A stretch of 60,152 nucleotides of DNA, the filler included, from Sphacelaria rigidula (lineage: Eukaryota), in NCBI GenBank assembly GCA_964200075.2. It is 10 parts of 10 records of this genome, joined end to end, with 100 filler letters (N's around TTAATTAATTAA, not from the genome) between each part and the next. Parts side by side here need not be neighbours in the genome. Positions count along the whole stretch, not along the records: positions 1 to 5,926 come from CAXNAA020023438.1; positions 6,027 to 11,952 come from CAXNAA020023439.1; 8 more parts are not named here. The stretch is one strand, 5' to 3'. Every line of letters begins with the position of its first letter. Positions within the stretch are counted from its first letter, which is position 1. Shown piece by piece: positions 1 through 11,807 of this stretch. The notes beneath the pieces were generated by a model, which saw only the letters and a list, made by a program, of their open reading frames with translations, was not told where the DNA came from and did no database searches. A program made the translations under genes and the position numbers.

Positions 1-72
1 CGCTCTGGGAATCGAACCCCCCGACTCAACCATCAGAAGGTTACGAGGTTACCAACTGAGCCACCGGGGCGG
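1..72 (-). mobile_element. tRNA-like SINE head or tRNA pseudogene, truncated at the window start
   Basis: The reverse complement reads GCCCCGGTGGCTCAGTTGGTAA...GGTTCGATTCCCAG, with Pol III A-box and B-box motifs. No clean cloverleaf or anticodon arm is evident. Confidence 0.6.
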
Positions 73-2169
73 CTCAGCTGTACTGTGTGAAATTGAGACA
101 AAATTCGAAGAAAACGTAGCTTCGGAGATGTACTACAGCTTTATATCGCCCTCATTGTGATCTTAAGCTCTGCCCACGTCTTTGACTCCGCCGCGTCTGA
201 ACACACAGAAATCATGGATCATGACAAACGTAGCTCATGTATCTCTACATAGAATGTCGAAGCATGACGTCATAAACAGAAATCAGTCCGCACTTTTAAA
301 TATCCTACCTGAGAAACGGGCCACAGCACACTCAACAGTTTTACCAAGGCCGGGGAGAGCGAGTCAGCAATACGGACGACCCATCTCACGTGATCGATCA
401 TGCGGCATCTCAAATTCTCCGCGGTCGTTGCATCAGCGCTGTCAGTTCTTCCTGCTACAGAGTCCTTCACGTTTACCAGCAGTTCATCGGGTATGATTTG
501 AAGTTCGCCGTTATAGCGGACACACAACGTTTTTCTCTCCCTGCCCCGCGGTTTGGATGCCCCCCGTGCGACGTTGTATCACACGAGTAATGGTTCGAAG
601 GAGGGGAGAGCGTGTTTGATGCCGGTAGTACGTCTAGAAATTGTCGTGTAGTCAAGCATGCCAAGTTCCCTGTAGAAACATGCCCTGTGTTTTTGAGTTT
701 TATCGCGTTACACAATATTCTAGAATCGCGCACAGAACAGCCGTAAACTTGACCCCCGTACCCCGGTGTCGGCCATGTCCGATGGCACACCACAGTCACA
801 ACAGTGTCGTCACTCTCTACTGCAAACCTCCCGAGGGGTTTGCTGCAAGCTATTTCTTCTGCTTGATGTTGTCTGAGCACACGGCGAATCGTTCCCCTCG
901 TTTCGAGAGCCTTGCCTCAACACGACGATACAGAAGCTTGCGGAATTTTGTGTCAAACTTTGCGCATGAAGTACGTGGAGGGTAGGATGCCGTCATGTAA
1001 CGACATACAAAGAAGGTGTGTCATGAAGACGACCTGCAACACCCGCAAATATGTGGTGTACCTTGCGACCTCTTTTCTTCTTGATCGTCTTTGGCTGTCA
1101 TGTCGCCTGGCTGTCCATTTTCGGAGCGGTGCTTCGATGAATATGGCACCTTGGGAGTGCAGGGGCATTGCTTTTCGAAAACAACTAGGTTTATCTCCGT
1201 ACCGTATGACGCGGAGAAAAAAATGGATGTAGACGCACGGTCTGTTCGGCGCGGTGGTCCGCCGGCCCATGTGTTGCGAACGTCAGTCATCACCCTCTTT
1301 GTATACCATGTTACGTACTACAATTACGCTGACCACGAATGGCAGTACCCTGAAGCCAATGTTGAGGGGGGGGGGGGGGGGGGTGTTTGTCGCTTCTGTG
1401 ATACAGTCACTGTACTGTACCGAGTGTATGGCGGTACGGCTTGTACATACTCACGCAGCAGCAAGAACGTTTGTAATTCCACCGATTTTCAGTATTCTCG
1501 ACTGCACCGGTTGGAGGGTACAGCACACTATGAGTATGGAACCGGCTTTGTACAAGATTATGGGCGATTGTTTCGGACCTAGTCTCACCCCTTACTACTT
1601 AGCTGCACGTCATGGTAAAAAGCACGCGCAATGTGCCGTGCAGTAGCAGTACACATGGTAGACACAGCTGCAGCGCACCCCTGAACACTACGTGAACGCA
1701 CTCAAAGACAGCACTGTGTACTGACTGTACATATGAGTGTTCAAAAATGTGAAGGGTAGACAAAGGAACAGCTGGATTTGCTTACAGCAAATGATTTATG
1801 CGAAGTATAACTACCTGCAAACCCGCCGGACTGTCCTCAAAGTTACAAATCACGGTTTGGGAAACTGTGTTGGTTGAGAATAGATGTCCGGGAAAAACAT
1901 TAATATTTACAAGTTCTCTGTTATTAAATATCATTGACTGTACCACCCCGTCCGAAGTGTATTCCAGTTGTCAGTCATCGCCCAGAGATCGAAAATAGTT
2001 GTAATTTGCACATGATGCAATTTTTTCCTTAAACGTGCTTGCTGAATTCGTGATAAAGCCTCGTTTGGACTAATACACTTGTCGGTTCACTTATTATATC
2101 GTGCACTCGTCTTAACCTCGTTACTACCCCGCCCCTAACGACACCCCATGCCGCAATCCAACTAAGCAG

Positions 2170-2381
2170 CGTTGTCTCGACAACACGGCCTGCTTCAAGG
2201 CAGGATAAGCAGCAGCAGGGGTAGAGATGACACTAGAATGTCGGTGCAAGAGGGAGCCGTGACCTCTACTCGAAAGCTGTCGAACGACTGCTTGCCTCCA
2301 GAAACGCTGGAACGATCAAAAGTGGGGAACAAATTTGAAAAGACCAAGTCCCAAAAGGCGGGGGATATCATGTGGACAGAG
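2170..2381 (+). CDS. NiR: Ferredoxin-nitrite reductase, exon with transit-peptide-like segment and start of mature protein (5' partial)
   Basis: CAG acceptor at 2167-2169 and GTGAGG donor at 2382. Encodes a S/R-rich segment, then ...PETLERSKVGNKFEKTKSQKAGDIMWTE, which joins in phase 0 to the 3358 exon. The 5' boundary is less certain and no signal-peptide exon was identified. Confidence 0.75.
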
Positions 2382-3357
2382 GTGAGGAGGAGGGAAATAA
2401 TGTAACGAACGGCCGGCGATTGTGATTGAGGAAAGCCAGTTAGTTACGCGGCATTCCCCTCCTCGATAATTATGTTTTCGAACAAAGCCATCGACCAGGC
2501 GGGAACGAAAAGGCCGCGAAAATGACACATTGTGCCATGAAAATGTGCCCCTTCACGATTGTTTCGAACATGAACCGGAACCATTGTTTTTTTCTCCCCT
2601 CTCCTTTCCCACTCCATCAGTCTCACAGCTGATGACCTGCAATTTCGAAGGCTGGAAGAATATGGCTCTGTAGTTCACCACGCGGCGGGTGTAGATGGCA
2701 CTTGAACTCGCGAATGAACTCCTGTCGGAGTTTTTGGCGCGGCTATGTCGGAGTTTTCAGAGTACTCTCTCCGTTCCACAGGCAATTTTCCGCGAACCGA
2801 CTTTAATGAAGTAATACTTATAGTCAGACAGAACATCTCAGCACACTCCAGAGGATAACCAGGGCACTAAATATTTCAGTATCTACGGGGCCTTCAGACC
2901 AACCGGCATTTCTCGTTGAAGGACAAGAAGAAAAAATGACCACCTCGGCTGAGAATGGTGACAACAGAAGGGTAATAAACGCGATAAACTGTGTAAAACA
3001 CATACAACGCTGTAATGTATCGCTTGGTGAACGGTTTTCCACCCTCGTGACGCTGAAGCGCCTGTCGGAAGGGGTATGTAGCTTTCGATATTAGTCAGGA
3101 CAGACGGGTCACGCATCTGCCACATGTCATTTTCGACCGCGCAGCATTTGGTCTTGATCTTGGACACCAGCGCGAGCATTTTGTGTTACCGTATCCGCTG
3201 GAGAAAAAACAAGGAAAATGTTTCATTTTTTTTTTTTCGTGCGAGACAACAGTCGACGTTTTGTTCTTCGCAGGATCAGGTTAAGCATATTCTTTGATTT
3301 AGTGTACGCTACTTTACGAATTCTTTCCCACAAAACGGCCGATTCATCGATTCGCAG

Positions 3358-3501
3358 GTACATGAATTGGCGGCTGCTATTCGATCGGGGGAATTCACCT
3401 GGGAAGAGCTCAGCATCGACGATGCTGATATTCGACTGAAGTGGGCCGGTCTGTTTCACCGCAGGAAACGGTTTCCGGGAACATTCATGATGCGCCTCAA
3501 G
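3358..3501 (+). CDS. NiR: Ferredoxin-nitrite reductase, internal exon
   Basis: CAG|GTA...AAG|GTGGGT, 48 codons: VHELAAAIRSGEFTWEELSIDDADIRLKWAGLFHRRKRFPGTFMMRLK. This matches the conserved NiR motif D(V/I)RLKWxGLFHRRK...FMMRLK. Confidence 0.93.
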
Positions 3502-4024
3502 GTGGGTGGGCAAAAATGCGTTGTTTTCTTTTCACGCGCGTATCATTACGTCGTGCAGCATGTCCTGAGGAGTCCCCATGACCTTGGTGCTATCTTCCTT
3601 TCGTGTTGGTTGCGCGTTTTCGTGTTTTTTTCATTATTTTGTTTGTTTTATCATTTTTCCGCCGCTATCATTCTGTTGTGGCCGTTTTAGATTTATTGTC
3701 GCATACTGCCTATTTTCTTCACTTTCGCGGCGTTTCCGTTCAATTTCGGTGAGTTCTTGCGCATTTGAGCAGTCAAAGGGGTCGTATTAACGGGTCTGTT
3801 TTTCTTCCCGATATTTTCCGAATTTTGATGGGACAAAAAAAAAATCCGAAACATGTGAAAGCAGACTTCGTAAACCAGTTCAGGCATTATACCAATTCAA
3901 GACTGATCAAAAATGTCTCCGAAAAACTAAGTTCGGATTTTTTTCGGAAAATAAAAAAACTCCTAACCTACGAGACTGGAAACACCCTCGCTTCAGTCGC
4001 CCTGTGTGAAAAATCGTGAAATTT

Positions 4025-4400
4025 TAGAGCTCGGAAATGGTACCAGTTATAACTAGCCACTATCATTATGATGGTAATATTGGTAATGGTTATATGAAGA
4101 AAATGGATAATGGTTTCAAACCATTATTTACCATCACCGGCTACGTATGCCACATACAGCCCTTGAAAATTGGTCCAAATTTTGCGTATTTTTCAGCTCT
4201 AGTGAAACCAAATCGCGTAAAAATATGCCCCCGGCACCGTGCCTCCGGCGAGCCCCCCTCTGCCGGGGGGGGGGGGCTTTGTGGCTCGCGGCTGCGCCGC
4301 TCGATGACCAAACCATTATGCACTATTCTACCGGTTAATGAGTGCGCTACGCGTAATCATTCAGCTGGATGATGATCAGATAAACCATTTCCGAGCTCCA
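4025..4400 (+). mobile_element. hAT-type MITE, family A, copy 1 (in NiR intron)
   Basis: TIRs TAGAGCTCGGAAATGGT ... ACCATTTCCGAGCTCCA, with a perfect 8-bp TSD TGAAATTT at 4017-4024 and 4401-4408. Confidence 0.92.
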
Positions 4401-4620
4401 TGAAATTTCCTCATGGATGTCACGCGATTGTTCAGCACGGAGGTACGTGGTGCTCACAGGTGTGTGCGCGCATATTTTTTTCACCTCTGATCGGTGTCTC
4501 ACGCACAGACGCATCGAGCACGGAAACAATTTTCGTTTTTTATCTCCTATTTTTTTATCCAGAAGTGTAGCCTTGAAGGGAAACACACACAATACCCCCG
4601 CCTCCCCCCGCCCCCCCCCC

Positions 4621-4705
4621 GGCGGGCTCCGTCCGGGTTTGTAGGGATGCGAGTTCAATGGATATTTGAATATGGTATGGTATATGAGTACACCGCCCCC
4701 CGCCC
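4621..4705 (+). mobile_element. 3' fragment of poly(C)-ended SINE-like element
   Basis: GCTCCGTCCGGGTTTGTAGGGATGCGAGTTCAATGG...ATGAGTACACCGCCCCCC matches the 3' end of the copy at 45285-45590. C-tracts lie on both sides. Confidence 0.75.
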
Positions 4706-4894
4706 TCCTTATGACGACGGCATGCAGTACAATGGGCACACACACCCCTACAGGAGAAGGGTCAAGTATGAGAGTAGCGAAACGAGCCCCCTCGCCGCCG
4801 TCGCCTTTCAAAACCAAATATGTGATGTTAGCTACCGAAAACATCGAACAAAGCAATGTCGATGTTTTGAATACGCCGCAGTTATGTACGCTGT

Positions 4895-4985
4895 TTCATT
4901 CATTTTATTTTATTTTACTTTTGTCGCACTTTGAACCCCTCCCCTTCCTCGGGATGAGTCTGTGGTCTCAAGGGATCAACCCATC
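4895..4985 (-). mobile_element. A-tailed short retroposon 3' end (family with copies at 29953-30028 and 37807-37885)
   Basis: About 57 bp, TTTGAACCCCTCCCCTTCC..GGGATGAGTC.GTGGTCTCAAGGGATCAACCCAT, recurs three times. Each copy is followed by an A-rich tail on the element strand. Confidence 0.65.
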
Positions 4986-5166
4986 CCTCTCCCGCTGTTG
5001 TTGTTCGAGATTCCACGCTCAAACAACTATTGCCTCTGACGTCATGTATCATGTGCCGGCCCCGTTGCCCGCCTCACTGCTACCCCACGCGCACGATGGC
5101 GCCCGCTTCTCCGTTGCTTTTCCGCGAAACGAACCGAAAAACGCCACCGAAATGGATCCCCGTCAG

Positions 5167-5354
5167 GTACCCAACGGGATCCTCAGCACGAAGCAGCTCA
5201 GGTACGCCGCCGATGCCGTGGGCAAGTACGATCCCGCGGTGGGCGTGCTAGACATCACGACCCGCATGAACCTCCAACTGCGAGGCGTTACCCTAGAAGA
5301 CTCGTCCGACCTCATCAATGATTTCTACGACCTCGGCCTGTGCACCATCATGAG
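5167..5354 (+). CDS. NiR: Ferredoxin-nitrite reductase, internal exon (gene continues beyond the contig end)
   Basis: CAG|GTA...AG|GTGTGT. Encodes VPNGILSTKQLRYAADAVGKYDPAVGVLDITTRMNLQLRGVTLEDSSDLINDFYDLGLCTIM(S), continuing MRLK-VPNG and containing the DxTTRxNxQxRG motif of nitrite/sulfite reductases. Confidence 0.93.
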
Positions 5355-5926
5355 GTGTGTGTGTGTGTGCGCGCGCGCGCTCGCGCGAGTGCACATATTT
5401 ATCCATCTATTTTTTTTACTGCGGCATTTGTACCTTCATCCATCCACTCATTTATTCGTTTACGCACGAGTAGATAACCCTTGGACAGCGACAGTAGGTC
5501 AAATGTTGAATCGGCATCAATTTCGCTTGGAAAGGGTATGCATGCACGATCCAGATGGACTACCCTCGCAGTCTAAGGGTTAAGGTTTCCGGGGGTAAGT
5601 GAGAGGGTTCCCAATTCCGGTATATATCCGTTTGATGTTGAAAACTCGTTTCAAGCACTTTCGATCAGCGAACACAGTACCCGAGGCGAAAACGAAGCGG
5701 GCAGTTTTTTTCGCGTAGGATATTATCGTGCCTCAGTGTGCGACGCAAGGAGCTACGTCAAAACCATATTGCCCGATGCCGTCTCCAGCCGACCCCAGAA
5801 AATGTATGTCAGCAGTAATTAACATATCCAATCTAGTTCCGTCTCGATCCCCCCCCCCCCCCCCTCCCCCCCCCCGTCGCACGAACATGGGCATAAAAAA
5901 ACAAAACACACACAAACGTGAGGTTG

Positions 5927-6026
5927 NNNNNNNNNNNNNNNNNNNNNNNNNNNNNNNNNNNNNNNNNNNNTTAATTAATTAANNNNNNNNNNNNNNNNNN
6001 NNNNNNNNNNNNNNNNNNNNNNNNNN
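5927..6026. other. Artificial contig linker N44-TTAATTAATTAA-N44 (also at 11953, 17979, 24004, 30029, 36054, 42079, 48104, 54129)
   Basis: Identical 100-nt spacer with stops in all six frames. It separates contigs of non-increasing length, 5926 to 5924 bp. Confidence 0.98.
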
Positions 6027-8407
6027 CTCCGGGTTCTCTCTCATCCTCAATGAAAAGCACCATCCTCAACATAGATGATCGGCTGTTTTCCACTCTGACT
6101 CTTAAGATGAGAAAAAACGTTTTCCTCCTGGGGCGTTTTTGGGCCTGATTTATGACCCCGGGCGATGTTATTGGCGATGACCTAACATGAGAAGCCACAA
6201 CAACAGCGCAGGACATCGATTTTTTCCAAGTGTAGGGCCAAAGCAGGATGTATAGGTTTGAGCCCGCAATCGTGGATACAGCTATAATACATATTTGAAA
6301 ATAGTCAGCCTCCTCTTGCTGCAGATTTTTGATCTGGGTACATTGAATGTTTACTGCGGTTTTCGGCCACCACGGTAGGTTTATCGCGGGAGCTATAGCC
6401 GTCAGGGAAATCACCGTAGTTTTTGGAAGTTAATCGGCCACCAAGGTAATTTTACCGCTGTGATCAGTCACCACCATGATTTCACCACGGTGTTTATTTA
6501 TAGCCACCACAGCAACGGCGCGGCAATGTACGATATAGTGGTACATTGTACTTTTTAATTTTTTTCGCTCCAGCACGTGGGTGTGGAGAAGCTAGTATTA
6601 AGATCACACGCAGACGTGCGCGGCCACCGGGATTGGCGACCAAAAGCAACAGCTATGCCCGTCGATGTCGAGTGCTTCACCACTACTAGCTATAACCCGT
6701 CGGATAACCTACCTCCCTCTCAGAACTACGGAATTGTGCGAAATGATATTTTCACATCGACGCAAGCACTCGATAACTTGGGGTTCCGGTTAGAGTAGAA
6801 AGAAAAACGACTGGAAAGAAGAAAGAGCATGCCTTGTGTATGGAGAAGAAAACCAAAATACAAGGCGAAAAAATGAGAAACCAGCGAAACCACAAAAAAC
6901 GAAGATTTCGGGTGTCAAACCCACGGCATTCCTTGACGACGCATTTGTCTCCGCCAGCTGACCTGTAGGGACATATTGCGTCAATGCGATGAGGTGACAT
7001 GTGTTTCTCCGTGGTAGTTGACGATTCGTTGTTTTTACGCGGTAATCGTTACCGCGATATCGAGAAATCGCAGGGATTCCGATATTACTGGGGCTGTGAA
7101 CTGGACCAGCTAATTAATACTATCGGTTAAGGCACCGTAGTGGAAGTGGAGCTGGCGACGCGGGTGCCACTTGTCCGGTTTATTTGAGGGTTGTCGTTAC
7201 CGGCTGGTTTATAACATAGTATGGTGTGTTGATAACAACGATGCTTACTACTTGTACTACTGTAGAGGGCCTGTTTTCATGTGCAGGGAATGTGGTGACG
7301 AAGGCTCGCAGCTCCCGGAGCCCCGAGTACGTCGAACGGTTTGTTTTCTTGCGTAGCGCGTGGCAAGTTGCAGAGGAACATTGTATGGGGTATCAATTGA
7401 GACGGAGAGTGCTTCGAGAGCGTCGAGGGAAAGTGTTCGCGTAAATGACGCGTGAAGCAGCGGCACACAGCTTCATGCTCTCTCTTCCGTGTTCGGTCAA
7501 TTTGTACGGCACAGGTCTGGCGTTCTGGGGTGGTAGTACGATGGCACATGAGGAACGGGTTTGCCCTGGGCCATGCAGTCACTAGCTGACTCCTTGAGAT
7601 GTTTTCCTACTTGTGTTGCCACGCCGGCTTCGTTGGTACCTCGTGGTCGTGCAGTTTTCTGTCTTTTGGCCATAGCCTGTAGATCAAGGACTGGTCAGTC
7701 AAATACGGTGGGGCGCTTGATGCGGAACTGCCGAACGCCAAACCCCAATTGCCAATTGCCAATTGCCACGTGTGTGGTGAAGAGCGTTCTGAACATGATG
7801 CAGCACATGCTCACCATACCTTGAAGTGCTTTAGCGGGTATATGCCAAGGTTTGTTGTTTCGTCGTAATACTACACACCCGAAGACGAAAATAACAAACG
7901 GTAACCCGCGAATGCACAATGCAGAATACACCATGACTTGCTCTTCGACTACAAGCGTGTCTGTCGGTGCGGACGTGAATTTTTTTCCGCTGTCATCTCT
8001 GTGTGTTGCCAACCTTGTCTTCCTTGTTCCCATCCTTGGAAATCCCTGAGTGTACCGTGACTGCCAGCCCCCGAAACTGTCCTAAGGCAACACTCGCAGT
8101 CGTTGTGGCGCAGCGCAGTCATCCTGAGAAGTAGCTATCATCAAATGAGCGAAAATGGCGCCAATGGGCGAAGAAGTTCTCGGACAAAGTACACTCAGTG
8201 GGCACCGGGTAGCGAGTCAGTGCATCCGTGGATGATACCGTTGAGCATCTCATCACGATGTTGGCCGTGAATTGGATACTGTGTTCGTCAGAGTACCGGC
8301 CTCGGATGACTTGTCCTTATTGACGGTGGTCTTGATACACGCGGCATGCTGACCCGCTGTGCTGCTTTCCCCCCTCTTTTTGTTGATGATGTGTACGGCA
8401 TGCTCAG

Positions 8408-8737
8408 GAGAAGAATGGCGGTACGCTGTACGTCCAGGAAGGCGCAACCGCGACGTTCATGGGGATGGCCGGCTTCTACAACAACACGGTCACGGAGAGA
8501 GAATTGCCCCCAATCATACAGGACAGCGGAGGGAGAAGCCCTCAATTCGTAGTGAAGAAAGGCGGAGCCCTACACAACAAGGGTACCATCGTGTTCGAAA
8601 AAGATGCCACGTTTGACAACAACGTGGCGGACACGCGAGAGAACACGAACGGAAACAAAGGCGGGGGCATTTCTAACGCCAAGACAGGGACCATCACCTT
8701 TAAGGAAAAGCTTACCATGAGCAACAACAAAGCTGAG
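8408..8737 (+). CDS. Pmp-like (polymorphic outer membrane protein repeat) beta-helix/adhesin-like protein, exon
   Basis: CAG|GAG...GAG|GTAATT, 110 codons: EKNGGTLYVQEGATATFMGMAGFYNN...KGGALHNKGTIVFEKDATFDNNVA...KGGGISNAKTGTITFKEKLTMSNNKAE. GG(A/G)(I/L) and FxxN motifs alternate. Confidence 0.88.
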
Positions 8738-9040
8738 GTAATTCATGAGCATTTATTTATAATATAAATTGTATGACAGGCTGATGGAATGACTCATCGG
8801 TTGTTGGCTTGCGGCGGTACACGAGCCAGGCGTTGACTTTCTTGATACGTTTGGGATTATCCAAAAAACAATATATATATGTATATGTTGAATTAAACGT
8901 TTCACCCCCGCGTCATGTATATTTCCCATTTTTGTCAAGCGTATCATGAGAGCAGTCCATAGCATGCTCAACGTCGATTGCCACCAGAATCGCTCATGTC
9001 TAAGCTTTGCCTACCCCAATCATTCGCTTGATATATTCAG

Positions 9041-9130
9041 GGCTTCTTCTCCGGCCTAGGCGGCGGCATCTTCAACAGGGGAGACATCGTGGTGGAGGGG
9101 GAGGCCGTGTTCATAGATAACAGCGCAGCT
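9041..9130 (+). CDS. Pmp-like repeat protein, exon
   Basis: CAG|GGC...GCT|GTGAGT, 30 codons: GFFSGLGGGIFNRGDIVVEGEAVFIDNSAA. Phase 0 at both ends. Confidence 0.88.
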
Positions 9131-9647
9131 GTGAGTACGGTCGGTGACTGCGTTGGCCCATTGGTCAATGCCCGTCTAAAGGGGCGTGAGGTTGAGTAGC
9201 GCTGTGTCATCAGAACACTCGGAAGAAGTCATTTCCCCCAGCAATGCGAAGAGCAGTGAGTCCTCGCTCGTGTAGCTGTTGCGTACGCGGGTATGCCCCG
9301 AGTCTACAATAGTGGCGTGAGCAAGTAAGTCCAGTTCAGCGTGCACGTTTGGGAAAGAATGTTCGTACTCATATGATCGATGATTGCAGTCATAAATCAC
9401 GACCCATCAACCCTCGCCGCACAGGCTAGAACGGTGCACAAACAGAGTCCGTCTCCCTTCGTTACGGTTTCGTTGGTCGGTATTTTGTTGCGTGCACACG
9501 TGGGGACATCATTGCAGAGGGTTTTAGGCGTCGGATATTGTCATCTACAGCAGACGCAGCGGACCAACAAACGTAGCGCGTTGCCCAAGTGGCAACGATA
9601 TCCCCTACCCTCAAGCTTGCGTTTATAACACACCAGTACTGATCACG

Positions 9648-9919
9648 CGAGTTCGTCACAACATTAGGGTTGAAACATACTTCGTTTCAGTGTAGGGCCA
9701 TACGATTCAGATTTTCAAAGAGCTGACGGCCCCGAGCGTACGCGTTTTGCTCAAGTCGCTAATTCGAGCTCTGTCCACACAAACACTTTGCCTAGGACAC
9801 TGGACGTCGTATGCATATCCATTACCCGAGGGTTCTCGGAATGCCTTGGGCTGCGGCAAGGGCCAGAGTTGGCGAAGAGTTGGAAATGCATCGACAATCC
9901 TGATATGAAGACGAACTCG
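9648..9919 (+). mobile_element. Diverged copy of the TIR element with internal telomere-like repeats
   Basis: Ends CGAGTTCGTC ... GACGAACTCG. Internal ACACTTTGCCTAGG...CCCGAGGGTTCTCGGAATGCCTTGGG is shared with 19924-20130 and 22955-23247. The TTAGGG tract is decayed in this copy. Confidence 0.6.
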
Positions 9920-10559
9920 TAAAAATCCGACTCCAATACGCACACACAACACACACTTGGTCACTCACTCACTCTCTCACTCACTCACTCACTCACTCAC
10001 CCACCCACCCACGTGTCGATGGCGGTGGGTGATCGAACTCGTAGCCTCTCTCGCGAAAGCGACGAACAAGTATCATAAGGTCGCCGCGTTCGTTTCGTTT
10101 CTTGTCGTTGCCGGTGTCATCGCTTCCCTCGGTATTTGCGTGTATTTGCGTGTAGGTGTTCGGCCAGCAAAGATTTTGTGCACCACTTCGTTTGTTTGTG
10201 CTTGAGAGAGCTGTCTGTTGAAGGGAACAGCCGCGGTGCATCTCTGACGAGGGTGTCCTACCTAACCATGCCTCGGAAGTTGCCGCAAGACATAGCGCGT
10301 GCCTTGTAGAGAGCATGACGGATGCCGTGTGAATGGATATCCCAACCGTCATTCGGGTGGTCTGCCACTACAGCCTGTCCTGCCCAGGGGTGGCTTGAAC
10401 GCAGATATGCGTGTTATTCAAACACACATATTTAAACAATCATTCCCTGATCAGTTCGTCGGGGAGCTCCGTCGCGATCAGAATATGGAGCCCTGCTCTG
10501 ACAGCATCGCATTGTCTCGCGTTGTCTTCTCTTGACTGTTACTGCGTGCCGTCGATCAG

Positions 10560-10643
10560 GAGGGTGGTGGGATCTACCAAGAGTCGAGCGGCTCCGTCAC
10601 GTTCAACGGTATGGCCACCTTCTTCAGCAACAGTTGCGCCGAG
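10560..10643 (+). CDS. Pmp-like repeat protein, exon
   Basis: CAG|GAG...GAG|GTTAGT, 28 codons: EGGGIYQESSGSVTFNGMATFFSNSCAE. Phase 0 at both ends. Confidence 0.87.
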
Positions 10644-11356
10644 GTTAGTAGTCACAGGCCTCAGAAAACTGTCGAGAAAGTCATCTTACATCCTGGAGTA
10701 GCACGCTAGCCAGCCACATGGTACTGGCCAACTAGTGAGAGCTTCGATGAAGCACGCACAGAGAATTCTACTGCGCTCGTGTCGGAGGACAGTTTGCAGT
10801 CGGTAGACCCGGCAGGAAAACAAAGTTGAAGAAACGCCGGCCATATTTACTGGTGCGATATATGAGCCTTTTCTTGTAAGTGTAAATGATCGCAGGCATC
10901 ATGGCAATGCCACCATCACTTGGAGTTGTTTACTACCCGTCGTGAAGTGTACCGAAGCAGCCCGCGAGTAAGGAAGAAGTTGACTAGTAACGTCAGACTG
11001 AATGTTTTCGGTTAAATATGAAATGGCGGGTACGGAATTGCGACCATTCGTCTTATTGAGTCTGATATGGAACTGTAAGTATGACGGATTTCAGACCTGA
11101 GGAAGGAATAGCACACCCTTCCTCCTTTCCGGCTCCTGTGGTCCTGGCTGTTGCATCATCGCGGATCTGAGGAATCGAGCCCTTTCTATTCCGGAACTGA
11201 GTCAGTCTCCCATTCCTTCGTTTGATTTGTCAAGATAATAGATGTCCTTAGAACAGGTTTGTTTTTATTTCGTTTCATGCATGTCTCGGCGCTTACCCCG
11301 CATGTTTCATTCCAATTCGTGCTCTTAGACTTTGCTGCGCCCCCTCCCCACCCCAG

Positions 11357-11496
11357 TCGCGGGGAGGTGCCATCGGAGCCTTCGGAGGCAAGGTCGCGTT
11401 GAACGCTGGTAGCCTGTTCCAAGAAAACATCGCCAGCAGCTCCGGCGACGGTGGATCGGGCGCGGGTATCTACGCTTCAGACGGTGCCGAAATCAT
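11357..11496 (+). CDS. Pmp-like repeat protein, exon
   Basis: CAG|TCG acceptor. Encodes SRGGAIGAFGGKVALNAGSLFQENIASSSGDGGSGAGIYASDGAEI. It ends at a likely AT|GTAAGA donor, or alternatively reads ATG TAA and stops at 11500. Confidence 0.82.
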
Positions 11497-11807
11497 GTAA
11501 GACTGCCGCCTCTCGTCTCCCTTTTAACCTAAGTGAGGTTCCCTTCTCTTTTTCCTCCCTTCTTCTAGAAGTGATTCGATCGATTTCAAGGGGTCGGCGT
11601 TAAATGTTTTTTTTCTTCTCCCTTCCACGGAGGATTCATTTCACGTATGTTTCTTGCCGTCGTCGTGAGCTAGGCAACCAGGTTACCGTTTGTTTGCGCG
11701 CTTGCGTTTTTTTTTATGCGGTAACCATGATGGTGGTCGAGCTTGATCCGGGATCCTATTGTGCAGGGTAGGAGGACCTCAATTCCGCGCGAAGAGCATG
11801 ATCTTAC

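Noticed and set aside
4666..5583. 305-aa ORF as a single-exon gene
   Set aside because: Only 5167-5354 is NiR-like. The rest is read-through of intronic repeats and a (GT)n tract.
5971..5982. Recurring TTAATTAATTAA palindrome with ~6-kb periodicity
   Set aside because: It is always embedded in N runs and is an artificial six-frame-stop linker.
7683..7760. Possible upstream Pmp-like exon (IKDWSVKYGGALDAE)
   Set aside because: The GGAL motif and a TAG acceptor are suggestive, but there is no FxxN motif or convincing in-phase donor.
10244..10280. Hammerhead ribozyme core (CTGACGA...)
   Set aside because: There is no downstream GAAA and no closing stems I/III. Other CTGA(T/C)GA sites I checked also fail.
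2170..11500. NiR and Pmp-like gene as a linked cluster or fusion
   Set aside because: They are separated by an artificial linker between unlinked, length-sorted contigs.
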